The position numbers and the translations under genes are program-made. A stretch of DNA of 64,000 nt from Candidatus Eiseniibacteriota bacterium (GTDB lineage: Bacteria > Eisenbacteria > RBG-16-71-46 > JABDJR01). A model generated the notes under the pieces. It had not been told where the DNA came from. It saw only the letters and a list, made by a program, of their open reading frames with translations, and made no database searches. Location: positions 1,728,001 through 1,792,000 of the forward strand of contig CAWANH010000028.1 of the NCBI GenBank assembly GCA_963783375.1, written 5' to 3'. Shown here in pieces: positions 30,790 to 40,527 of this stretch (position 1 is its first letter; each line of letters opens with the position of its first letter).

Positions 30790-30923
30790 AGATGCACGGT
30801 CGGGTGGGCAATCGACCCGCCCAAGTCCCAGTCGAATCGAGGGGGGGGAGTCCCGAGGCCGGCCAGGAGCCGGCCGCTCCCCGGTAAGATTTCGTCCAAT
30901 CGGCACCAGGGAGATGACACCAC

Positions 30924-32183
30924 ATGAAAACCGCCAAGAAGGCCGCGGCCAAGAAGACGACTCAGAAGAGCGCCCCCGGCAAGGGTACCGCCCAGAAGAC
31001 CGTCCGGGAGAAACTCGCGCTGGTGGAGAGCCTGGCCGGATTGGGGCTCCTGGACTCCGACACCGCCGCGCGGCTCCAGAAGAAGGCGGAATCCCTGGCC
31101 GAATCCGGCAAGGACATCCCCGCGCGGGCCACGGGATGGGACCGCGCGCTTCGGTCCGGTCTGGAGGGGTTCAAGGCCGCCGGAGGGGATGGGAACGTGG
31201 GGCACTCGCTCCAGGGGCTCATGGTCTGGCAGGGGAACCTGGCCGAGGCGCCGCCGGATCCCGCCGGGATCCACGCCGCCCTGACCGCCCTCAAGAAGGT
31301 GTTCCCTTACGACGGCGCGACCCTGTTCCTGCGCGACCCCGACCGCAAGACCGTTGATCCTCTTTTCAGCGTGGACCAGCCGGTGGACCTCATCAGTCGG
31401 ATCCGGTTCACCGAGGGAATGGGCTTCTCCTCCTGGGTGGCCTGTCGGCGGAAGCCGGTCCTCTACGGCTCCCTGCATCGGAACGAGGCCCCCGGATCGG
31501 AGCGGATGCGCTCCTTCATGGCGATTCCCCTGGTAGTGGGAACGGAGTGCGTGGGCGTTCTCAACTTCGGGCACACGGTCGACGGCGCGTACACCCCGGT
31601 CCATCTGCGGCTCGCCATCCTGGCCGGGGGCATGCTGGCCGGCCTCGTTCAGCGATTCGTGGCCCTGGGCCAGATCGCGGCCCGCGAGATCGCCGATCCG
31701 GTGACCGGCCTCGCCACGTCCCCCTATCTGCGGGCCCGCCTGGCCGAGGAGGTCGTGCGCTGCCGGGAGTTGGGGCATTCCATGAGCCTGGTCGCGTTCC
31801 GCCTGAACGAGTTGGACGAGCACGCCGAGCGCTTCGGCGGGGACTACCGGGAGCGCGTGCGGGTCGAGCTGGCCCGGATCGTCCAGGACTGGAAGGCCCC
31901 GGCCGAGATCGCCGGCTACGACAACGACGACCGGGTTCTGGTGCTCCTTCCCGCCACCCGGAGCGAACGGGCGGGTGAGCGGGCGGCGGCGCTCCAGGCC
32001 CGCCTGGAAAAGCACAACTTCCCGCGCCGCAAGCGGATGACGGTGGGGGTGGGGCTGGCCACCTACCCCACGGATGCAGAAGGGGCTCAAGAGCTCTACG
32101 ACTTTGCCGATAAGAATTTGAACGAGGCCGCCCAGTCCGGGCCGGCCGGCGACGACGTTTATCAACCCATGGCCATTTCCTGA
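30924..32183 (+). CDS. GAF plus degenerate GGDEF-domain protein
   Basis: GAF (GFSSWVA, RSFMAIPL, VGVLNF); GGDEF fold (DPVTGL, TVGVGLATYP, ADKNL) with the active site replaced by YDNDD. Confidence 0.85.
   Translation: MKTAKKAAAKKTTQKSAPGKGTAQKTVREKLALVESLAGLGLLDSDTAARLQKKAESLAESGKDIPARATGWDRALRSGLEGFKAAGGDGNVGHSLQGLMVWQGNLAEAPPDPAGIHAALTALKKVFPYDGATLFLRDPDRKTVDPLFSVDQPVDLISRIRFTEGMGFSSWVACRRKPVLYGSLHRNEAPGSERMRSFMAIPLVVGTECVGVLNFGHTVDGAYTPVHLRLAILAGGMLAGLVQRFVALGQIAAREIADPVTGLATSPYLRARLAEEVVRCRELGHSMSLVAFRLNELDEHAERFGGDYRERVRVELARIVQDWKAPAEIAGYDNDDRVLVLLPATRSERAGERAAALQARLEKHNFPRRKRMTVGVGLATYPTDAEGAQELYDFADKNLNEAAQSGPAGDDVYQPMAIS
32087..32113 (+). promoter_or_regulatory. Sigma28 promoter inside the GGDEF gene 3' end, upstream of the hybrid kinase
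   Basis: TCAA-N15-GCCGATAA (perfect -10), with locally AT-rich codon choice. Confidence 0.75.
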
Positions 32184-32206
32184 CCTTCACGGGGGAAGGC
32201 GGCTTC

Positions 32207-33973
32207 ATGATTCAGGAAGCGGGCGCCCAGGGGGTCGGTGAGCCCCGGCCCAGACTCCTCGTCGTGGACGATGAGGAAAACGTCGTGCAGATCCTCCAGG
32301 ACCTGTTCAGCGAGCGTCCCTACGACGTGGACACCGTCACGTCCGGCGAGGAGGCTCTCGACCGCCTGGAAGCCAACCGCTACGACCTTCTTCTTACCGA
32401 TATCAACCTCCCCGGAGTGAACGGGCTCAAGGTGGTGGAGGCGGCCAAGGCCGCCGACCCGGACATCGTGATGATCGTGATCACGGGTTACGCTTCGACC
32501 GGGACCGCCATCGACGCCCTCCGCCATGGGGCCTACGACTACATCACCAAGCCGTTCGATCTCTGGGAAGTGGATCAGATCGTCGCCCGGGGATTGGAGA
32601 GCCGGCGGCTGGTTCACGAGAACCGGCGGCTGGTGCTCGACCTCCAGGGGGCCAACGAGGAGCTTCGCCGCCACGAGGAGATCCTGAAGGAGAAGGTGGC
32701 GGTGGCCACCCGCCGGATCCGCACCCTCTACGAGGTGGGCAAGGACGTCAACGCCAGCCTCGACGTGACCCGGACCCTGAACTTCATCGTGAGCCAGGCC
32801 GCCACCCTGACCGGGGCGCGGATGGGGCTCCTCTTCCGGAGCCGGGAGAACACCGGGACCCTGGTGGCCGAGGTGGGCTACGGTCCGGCCGAGGCCCTGA
32901 CCGGCACCGCCACCGTGCGCGTGGGACAGGGGGTGAACGGCCGGGTCGTCGAGACCCTGGAGCCGGCCCGCGTGGAAACGGACACCCCCCAGAGCTTCGG
33001 CGAGGAGTGCATGGCCGAGCTCGGAGTCCGCATGCTCCTGGCCGTGCCCCTGAAGCACAAGGGGAAGCTCCTGGGGGTCCTGAATGTCATGGAGAGGGAG
33101 CATGGCTCGTTCACCGACGAGGACCAGGACCTTCTCGAGTCCTTCGCCTCCCAGGCCGCCCTGGCCCTGGCCAACGCCGAACTGTACGAGACCGCCCGCC
33201 AGCTCGACCAGATGAAGTCCGAATTCGTGGCCGTGGTGTCCCACGAGGTGCGGACCCCGCTCACCGCCATCCAGGGATCCCTGGAACTCGTGCTCGACGA
33301 CCGGTACTTCCAGATGGTCCCCAAGATGCGGGAACTTCTGAGCATCTGCCAGGCCAACGTGGAGCGGCTCCGGATTCTCATCAACGATATTCTCGATTTC
33401 TCCAAGATCGAGGCCAATCGCTTGAGCCTCGACTTCTCACCGGTGGATCTCTCCGACGTGGCGGTGGAGGTCGTGACCTCGATGGAAACGATCGCCGAAC
33501 AGAAGAAGATCCGCCTCCGGCTGGACGCCGCCGAGGACCTCGAGGCGATCCCCGCGGATCGGATGCGGGTGGGCCAGGTGCTGACCAACCTCGTGGGGAA
33601 CGCGCTCAAGTTCACCCCCGACGGTGGGCAGGTGGAGATCACCCTCGATCGCCTGCCCGAGGGCGGAGTGGTCTGCGTGGTGAGCGACTCCGGCCCCGGA
33701 ATCGCCTCCCAGGATCTGGGAAAGCTCTTCCAGAAGTTCCAGCAGATCGACAGCTCCCTCACCCGGCGCCAGGGCGGCACCGGCCTGGGGCTCGTGATCT
33801 CGAAGGGACTGGTGGAAGGACACGGGGGCCGGATCTGGGTGGAGAGCGAGGTCGGGGTGGGGAGCCGGTTCTGCTTCACCCTCCCCGAGACCCCTCCCGG
33901 TTACGTCGCTGCGCCCCAGGCCGGACCCGCCGGGCCGGATGCCGACGCCGACGAGTCCGCCCAGGCCGCCTGA
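32207..33973 (+). CDS. Hybrid histidine kinase REC-GAF-HisKA-HATPase
   Basis: LLVVDDE, TDINLP, coiled coil, GAF, SHEVRTPL, NLVGNALKFT, GGTGLGL. Confidence 0.94.
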   Translation: MIQEAGAQGVGEPRPRLLVVDDEENVVQILQDLFSERPYDVDTVTSGEEALDRLEANRYDLLLTDINLPGVNGLKVVEAAKAADPDIVMIVITGYASTGTAIDALRHGAYDYITKPFDLWEVDQIVARGLESRRLVHENRRLVLDLQGANEELRRHEEILKEKVAVATRRIRTLYEVGKDVNASLDVTRTLNFIVSQAATLTGARMGLLFRSRENTGTLVAEVGYGPAEALTGTATVRVGQGVNGRVVETLEPARVETDTPQSFGEECMAELGVRMLLAVPLKHKGKLLGVLNVMEREHGSFTDEDQDLLESFASQAALALANAELYETARQLDQMKSEFVAVVSHEVRTPLTAIQGSLELVLDDRYFQMVPKMRELLSICQANVERLRILINDILDFSKIEANRLSLDFSPVDLSDVAVEVVTSMETIAEQKKIRLRLDAAEDLEAIPADRMRVGQVLTNLVGNALKFTPDGGQVEITLDRLPEGGVVCVVSDSGPGIASQDLGKLFQKFQQIDSSLTRRQGGTGLGLVISKGLVEGHGGRIWVESEVGVGSRFCFTLPETPPGYVAAPQAGPAGPDADADESAQAA

Positions 33974-33988
33974 TCTTCGTCCGGCCGG

Positions 33989-36900
33989 CTACCGGTCGTT
34001 TCGGGTCGGGTAGCTCGGCCGCGCCGCGCGCGGCGGCGTCTTGGCCAGCTCCGCCTTCACCAGCTCGATCGCCTTTTCCAGCTGGGGATCCCGGCCGGCC
34101 GCGAGCTCCTCGGGAAGGTTGATCACCTCGTAGTCCGGGTCCACCCCGTGATTCTCGACCTGCCAGCCCTTGCCGGGGATCCAGAACCCGAAGTCGGGGA
34201 TGGTCACGCTCCCGCCGTCCAGAAGACGGATCCCCCGGCTGATTCCCACCAGGCCGCCCCAGGTGCGGGTGCCCACGATGGGTCCGAGCCCCGCCTCGCG
34301 GAAGAAGTAGGGGATGGCGTCGCCGCCGGAGCCCGCCCAGCTGTTGGTCACGCAGACCTTGGGGCCCACGATGGCCGCCTGGGGGGTGCGGAAATCGCGC
34401 CCCTCGCGCCGGGACCAGAGGCCGAGGAACGGCCGGGACAGCCGGTCCACCATGTAGTCGGGGATGAACCCGCCGCTGTTGAATCGACCGTCGAGGATCA
34501 CTCCTTCCTTGTCGGTCTGATTGTAGAAGTCGCGGCTGAAGCGCTTCACCCCGGCCATGGCCGTGTTGGGCATGTGGATGTAGGCCACGCGGCCGTCGGT
34601 GGCGTCGTAGACCCGCTGCCGGTTGGCGGCCACCCACTGCTCGTACCGGAGCGCGCCCTCGCTGCCGATCGGCGTCACCGTGGCCTCGCGCGTGTTCTTC
34701 CCGTCCGGCGAGGGACCGACGGTGAGCTTCACCTGCTTCCCGGCCAGGTTCTGGAACCACGCGTAGACGCTCCGGTCGGCGGTTACCGACTCGCCGTCCA
34801 CCGCGATCAGGTAGTCCCCCTCGTGGATGTCGACCCCCGGCCGGGCCAGGGGGGCGATCACGTCCTCGTCCCAGTTGCTGTTCTCGAGGATCCCGGCGAA
34901 CCGGTAGCGTCCGGCGCCCCGGTCCAGGGAGAAGTCTGCGCCCAGGAGCCCCACGTTCACGTGACGGACCTCGGGTTGGTCCCCGCCGTAGACATAGGTG
35001 TGGGAGGTGGAGAGCTCGCCGATCAGCTCCCCGATCACGTAGTTCAGGTCGGCCCGGCTCCCCACGTGGTCGACCAGGGGCTCGTACCGCGCGCGCATGG
35101 CCTTCCAGTCCAGGCCGTGCATCCCGGGGTCGTAGTAGAAGTCGCGCTCCAGCCGCCAGGCGTCCACGAAGATCTCGTGCCACTCGGCCCGGGGGTCCAC
35201 CACCGTCATGAGGCCGCCGGTATCGAGCCGCCCGTCCCCCACCTTCTGGTTCTCGGACGCGTCCACGATGCCCCAGGTCGGCCCAGACCGGTAGAGCACC
35301 TTGGCCGCGTCGGGGGTCAGCTCGTAGCCGCCGATCCCGACGAGGACGGTCTTCACCTCCCGCTTGTCGGAGTCGAAGTAGAGGAGCTCGTCGTGCCCCC
35401 GGGGCGGTCCTTCGTCCCCGGCGTCGGCCGACCCGCGGCTCAGGTAGAAGAGCTTTCCGTCGGCGGGAATGAGATCGCTGTAGTCTCCGGCGGGCACCGG
35501 GACCTCGGAGACGCGGCCGGCGAGACCGTCGACGTCGATCATCACCGGGACGGATTCGGCCGACGCCTCCTCATCCTTGTCCTGCTTCTTTCCCTTGGCG
35601 CCCTCCTTCGCCTTGCCGCTGTCCTCGGACTTCGGGGTCTCCTCGTCGCTCAGGGGCGGGAAGGGGCGCGGGGTGTCCTTGGCCAGGCTCACCGCGTAGA
35701 GCCCGGAGGCATCCTCGAGCACGTACTCGAAGGCGAAGTCCCCGAAGGTGGGGTTCAGGTGGCGCTTGGACAGGAAGTAGAGGTACTTCCCGTCCGGGCC
35801 GAAACCGGGAGAGAAGTCGTCGGTGAGCCGGTCGGTGACCCGGGCGCCCTTCCCCGAATCCAGCGAATGGACCCAGATCGAGCCGTAGTCGTTGGGATCG
35901 AGCTTCACATAGGTGAGCCACTGCGAGTCCGGGCTCCAGGCATACTCCCGGATGTCGTCGATCTCGCTCTTGTCCACCGGGGTGACCTTCCCGGACTCGA
36001 CGTCCACCCAGAACAGCGACCAGGTCTTGTCGGGGAAAGCGATCTTCCTGGAATCCGGGGACCACTTCTGGCTGAACATGAAGCTCGAGCGGCCGTGGGT
36101 GACCTGGCGAGGCTCGCCGGAACCGTCCTGGGGACGCACGTACAGCTCGTATTCACCGGTCTCGTCCGAAAAGTAGGATACCCACCGGCCGTCCGGAGAC
36201 CAGGCGGGAAACCGCTCGTAGACCCCGGGGGTGGAGGTGAGCCGGCGGACGTCGCCGTGCTCGGCGGGGACGGTGAAGATCTCGCCCCGGGCTTCGAACA
36301 CCGCCCGTTTGGCCGAGGGGGAAAGGCCGGCTCCCCCGATGAGATCGGACACGTTCTTGAGTTCGGGCCGGGCGGAGACCGCGTCGGTCTCCAGGCTCAC
36401 ATCGATCTTCCGGGGCTTTCCGTCGGGGAGGTCCAGCACATAGAGCCAGCCCCCGTTCTCGAACACGATCGAGTCGCCGCCCAGGCTGGGCCAGCGGACG
36501 TCGTACTCCTTGAAGTCGGTGACCCGGGAGAATTGCCGGGTGTCCACGTCGTAGGCCCAGAGGTTGAGCTTCCAGTTCTCGCGGTCGGAGAGGAAGTAGA
36601 TGGTGTTCCCGTGCCACATGGGGAAGCGATCGGTTCCTTCCCAGTCGGTGACCCGGCTGGACTTCTGCCGCTTGAAGTCGTAGATCCAGATGTCCTCCGC
36701 CGTCCCTCCCCGGTAGCGCTTCCAGGTGCGGAACTCGCGATTCAGCCAGGTGAACGCCGCCCGGTCCGTGCCCTGGGGGGAAAACGAAAGGCGCTCGCAG
36801 ATGGGAAGCGCCACCGGCTCCGGCCACCCGCCCTCCACCGGGACGTGGAAGACCCGGTCGTAACGCCGGGTGGAGCTCATCCGGGACGAGCGGAAGTAGA

Positions 36901-37270
36901 TCTCCTTCGAATCCGGAGACCACGTGATCACCTGGTCGGCTCCAGGATGGAAGGTCAGCCGGCGGGGCTCCCCCCCTTCGGCGGGCATCACGTAGACGTC
37001 GGTGTTCCCGTCGTACTGCCCGGTGAACGCGATCCATTTCCCGTCGGGGGAGATCCGGGCGAGATCCTCGTCTCCGTCGTGGGTGGTGAGCCGCCGGGCG
37101 GTGCCGCCGGAGCGACCGACCGTCCAGAGGTCCCCGGCATAGGTGAAGACCACCTGGTCGCCGTGGATCGCCGGCATCCGCAGGAGCCGTCCTTCCCCGG
37201 CGCGGGCGTCCGGCGCGGACGTGAGAAGGGTGACGGCGGCCAGACCGCAAACCAATAGGAACGTGCGCAT
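33989..37270 (-). CDS. Tricorn-like S41 protease (signal peptide, beta-propellers, PDZ, S41)
   Basis: PD40-type WSPD repeats, ELSTSHTY, AGSGGD, GTRTWGG, ENHGVDPD, DPQLEKAI. Confidence 0.96.
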   Translation of the reverse strand: MRTFLLVCGLAAVTLLTSAPDARAGEGRLLRMPAIHGDQVVFTYAGDLWTVGRSGGTARRLTTHDGDEDLARISPDGKWIAFTGQYDGNTDVYVMPAEGGEPRRLTFHPGADQVITWSPDSKEIYFRSSRMSSTRRYDRVFHVPVEGGWPEPVALPICERLSFSPQGTDRAAFTWLNREFRTWKRYRGGTAEDIWIYDFKRQKSSRVTDWEGTDRFPMWHGNTIYFLSDRENWKLNLWAYDVDTRQFSRVTDFKEYDVRWPSLGGDSIVFENGGWLYVLDLPDGKPRKIDVSLETDAVSARPELKNVSDLIGGAGLSPSAKRAVFEARGEIFTVPAEHGDVRRLTSTPGVYERFPAWSPDGRWVSYFSDETGEYELYVRPQDGSGEPRQVTHGRSSFMFSQKWSPDSRKIAFPDKTWSLFWVDVESGKVTPVDKSEIDDIREYAWSPDSQWLTYVKLDPNDYGSIWVHSLDSGKGARVTDRLTDDFSPGFGPDGKYLYFLSKRHLNPTFGDFAFEYVLEDASGLYAVSLAKDTPRPFPPLSDEETPKSEDSGKAKEGAKGKKQDKDEEASAESVPVMIDVDGLAGRVSEVPVPAGDYSDLIPADGKLFYLSRGSADAGDEGPPRGHDELLYFDSDKREVKTVLVGIGGYELTPDAAKVLYRSGPTWGIVDASENQKVGDGRLDTGGLMTVVDPRAEWHEIFVDAWRLERDFYYDPGMHGLDWKAMRARYEPLVDHVGSRADLNYVIGELIGELSTSHTYVYGGDQPEVRHVNVGLLGADFSLDRGAGRYRFAGILENSNWDEDVIAPLARPGVDIHEGDYLIAVDGESVTADRSVYAWFQNLAGKQVKLTVGPSPDGKNTREATVTPIGSEGALRYEQWVAANRQRVYDATDGRVAYIHMPNTAMAGVKRFSRDFYNQTDKEGVILDGRFNSGGFIPDYMVDRLSRPFLGLWSRREGRDFRTPQAAIVGPKVCVTNSWAGSGGDAIPYFFREAGLGPIVGTRTWGGLVGISRGIRLLDGGSVTIPDFGFWIPGKGWQVENHGVDPDYEVINLPEELAAGRDPQLEKAIELVKAELAKTPPRAARPSYPTRNDR

Positions 37271-37395
37271 GGGTCGGTTTCCTTCTTGATCAGAGAAGCG
37301 ACCGGACCGAGGTGGTAGTGCGAGGGTGACGCCACCCTACACCAAACAGTGCGGCCGGAAAACCGGTGAGGTGACCGTCGATACCCGGGTGGAGG

Positions 37396-40300
37396 TCAGG
37401 CTTCAGGAAATTCGAGTGCGGCCGCCACCGCGTCTCCGGGGGGGAGCCGCCGCCCGGCCCGCCGGTTCGCCTCGACGGCTTTCGCCCCCAATCGCGAACG
37501 GACCGGAGCCAGGCGCCGCTCGAGCCGTGCCCGGTCCGCTTCAGGGGCGGGGAGCCGTTGTTCCTCGCGGAGCGCTCCGGCCGCCCCGGCCAGGCGGAGG
37601 GCCGCCTCGGGCCGGCGTTCGGCGAGGCCGGCCGCCGTCGCCTCCAGGGCCAGGGCCACGCCTCGCAGGTCCCGGAGCTCCCAGAGCACCTCGAGGCCCC
37701 GCCGGAGGTGGGGGAGCGCTTCACGGGGTTCCCCCGCGCTCAGCTCGGTCAGTCCTCGGTAGAGGGTCGACCACGCCTCCCCCTGGCGGGCTCCCAGCTT
37801 CCGGCTCGAGGCCACGCTTTCCTCCAGGAGAGACCGCGCCGCGTCGAGATCTCCCTGATAGAACGCGACCCGGCCGAGGCTTCCCACCGCCGCCGCCACC
37901 ACCTGCCGGTCGCCGAGCCGCCGGAACCGCTCCAGGCTCTCTTCCAGGAGCGCCCGCGCGCGGGGGTAGTCTCCTTCGTCCTTGGCCGTGTTCCCCAGGT
38001 GATAGAGGGAGGTGGCCGCGCCGCGTGCGTTCCCCAGCCGCTCGAATCCGGCCAGGCTCGCCTCCAGGCGGCTTCGCGCCGTGGCGTAGTCGCCGGTCTC
38101 GGAGGCCAGGAGCCCCAGCTCGCAGAGCGAGGCCGCCTCGCCCGGCTTCGTCCCCCAGTCGCCGCGAAAGGGTCAGGCTCTCCTCGTGGCAGGGCCCGGG
38201 CCGCCTCGAAATCGGAGCGGTCGTCGGCCAGGGCCCCCGCCCCCCGGAGGGCCCGGGCGCGCTCGGGCAGCTGGTCGTCGGAGGCGGGAAGGGCGAGAAG
38301 CCGGTCGAACCAGGCGCGGCCCTCGTCGGTACGCCCGCGCACCGACCACCAGCGCCAGAGCGCCGCCCCCATCCTGAGCCCCCGTCCCGCGTCCCCGGAC
38401 TCGGCGAACCGGGCCAGGGCCCGGCGCAGGTTGTCGCGGTCCCGCTCCAGCCGGTCCATGCGCTCGAGTTGGCCGGGGCCGGTGAGCTCGGGCGCCGTCT
38501 TCTCGGCCTCGGTCAGGAACCACGAGGCATGACGCTCGCCCATGGAGTCGGTCTCGCCCGACGCATCCAGCCGTTCGGCAGCGTACTCCCGGACCGTTTC
38601 CAGGAGGCGATGGCGGACGCGTCCCCCCGGCTCGGGAACCGGGAAGAGCATCGACTTGTCATGAAGGCGGACGAGGAGCAGGGGGACGTCCTCCGGATCG
38701 ACCCCGTTCCCCGCGCATACCGCCTCCGCCGCGTCCAGGTCCGCCCCCCCCGCGAACACGCTCAAACGAGCGAGAAGGATGCGCTCCTCGGGGGCGAGAT
38801 GCTCATAGCTCCAGTCCATGGCCGCCCGCAGGGTGCGATGGCGCTCGGGAGCGGTGCGGCTCCCCCCGGTGAGAAGGCGGAAACGGTGTTCGAGGCCCCG
38901 CCGGAGGCCCTCCGGTCCGAGGGCGGGAACCCGGGTGGCCGCCAGCTCCAGGGCCAGCGGGATCCCGTCCAGGAGCCGGCAGATCGCCGCCACCGCCGCC
39001 GCGTTGTCCGCGGTGACCCGGAACCCGGGTTGCGCCGCGCCGGCCCGCTCGGCGAAGAGACGCACCGCATCCGAGGCGGTCGTGGCCTCGAGGGTGAACT
39101 CCGGACTCCGGGGACCGGGAGGGAGATCGAGGGAGGGCACCGGGTAGACCCGCTCCCCCTCGACCCGCAGGCGCTCCCGGCTGGTGGCCAGGACCCGGAG
39201 GCCGGGGGCGGAGGAAAGGAGCCGGTGGACCAGCTTCGCGCATCCTTCCAGCAGATGCTCGCAGTTGTCGAGGACGAGGACGGCGCGCCGGGAGGCCAGG
39301 GCCGCGGCCAGGGCGTCCTCCACGGTTTCGCCCGGCCCCGGTCGGGCGTCCAGGACCGCGGCGGCGGTGGCCGCCACCAGGCCGTCCCCCCGGACCGGGG
39401 CCAGGTCCACCCAGATCGCGTCGGCTTCGAGATCCGGGGGCGGCCGCCGGACCGCCTCCACCGCCAGGCGGCTCTTTCCCGCGCCTCCCGGCCCCAGGAG
39501 GGTAACCATCCGGGACGCGGCGAGAAGGGCCCGGATCTCGCCGAGTTCGCGGGCCCGGCCCACGAAGGCGCTGGCGAGGGCCGGAAGATGGGACGGGGCG
39601 GCGGGCGCCGCGGCGAGGGAATCCGGGGCCTCGATGGAGCGTTGGAGATCGTCGCGAAGCTCGGCCGCGGAGGGGTAGCGATCGCCGGGGTCGCGGGCCA
39701 GTGCGCGGTCCACCACCCGGGCCAGGGCCGGAGGGATCCCCGGAGCCGCCTCGCCCACCGACGGCGGGGTTTCGGTGAGGATCGCCGCCATCACCGCATG
39801 GGAGCTTCCGCCGGTGAAGGGTCGTCGTCCGGCCAGCATCTCGTAGAGCATGACCCCGAGGGCGAAGACGTCGCTTCGAGGGTCCGCTTCGATCCCTTTC
39901 CAGATCTCCGGGGCCATGTAGGCGGGGGTGCCGAGCAGGGTGTGGGGTTCGGTGAGGAGCGCCTCGGTCGCGGCGTCGGGGGAGGCGGCGGCGCCCGCCG
40001 CGCGCTTGGCCAGGCCGAAGTCGAGCACCTTGATCCGCCCATCCGGGGTGAGCATGACGTTGGCCGGTTTCATGTCGCGGTGAACGAGGCCTCGTGCGTG
40101 GGCTTCGGCGAGGGCGTCGGCGACGGCGGCGCCCCAGGTCGACGCCTCGGTCACGCTCACCGGAGCCCGGCTCATCCGGGCGGCCAGGGTCTCGCCCCTG
40201 ACGCACTCCATCGCGATGAAGACCCGGCCGCCGGCTTCACCCGTTTCGTAGATCACGGCGATGTTCGGATGGGTGAGGGAGGCGGCGGCGCGGGCCTCGC

Positions 40301-40466
40301 GCAGAAAGCGGCCCCGGGCCTCGGGATCGGCGGCCAGGGCGGGGGAGAGGAACTTGAGGGCCACGGTGCGGCCGAGGACGGTGTCGTGGGCTTCCACGAC
40401 CTCGCCCATCCCTCCCGCGCCCAGGGAGCGGATCAAGCGATAGTGGGAGACGGTTTCCGGTTTCAT
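37396..40466 (-). CDS. Ser/Thr kinase - STAND-type ATPase - TPR protein (~1022 aa after removing two extra bases near 38190 and 38140)
   Basis: GAGGMGEV, VALK, HRDMKPAN, DFGLA, APE; GPGGAGKSRL, VLDNCEHL, LDGIPLALELAA; the TPR frame LHEESL..SRRLGD / EAASLCELG joins ORF 37396-37902. Confidence 0.88.
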
Positions 40467-40527
40467 GCTCCGGCCCGGGAGCTTCCCCGGCCCCCTGGTC
40501 GTCCGGCGGCGGCCCCGCCGGGGTGGA

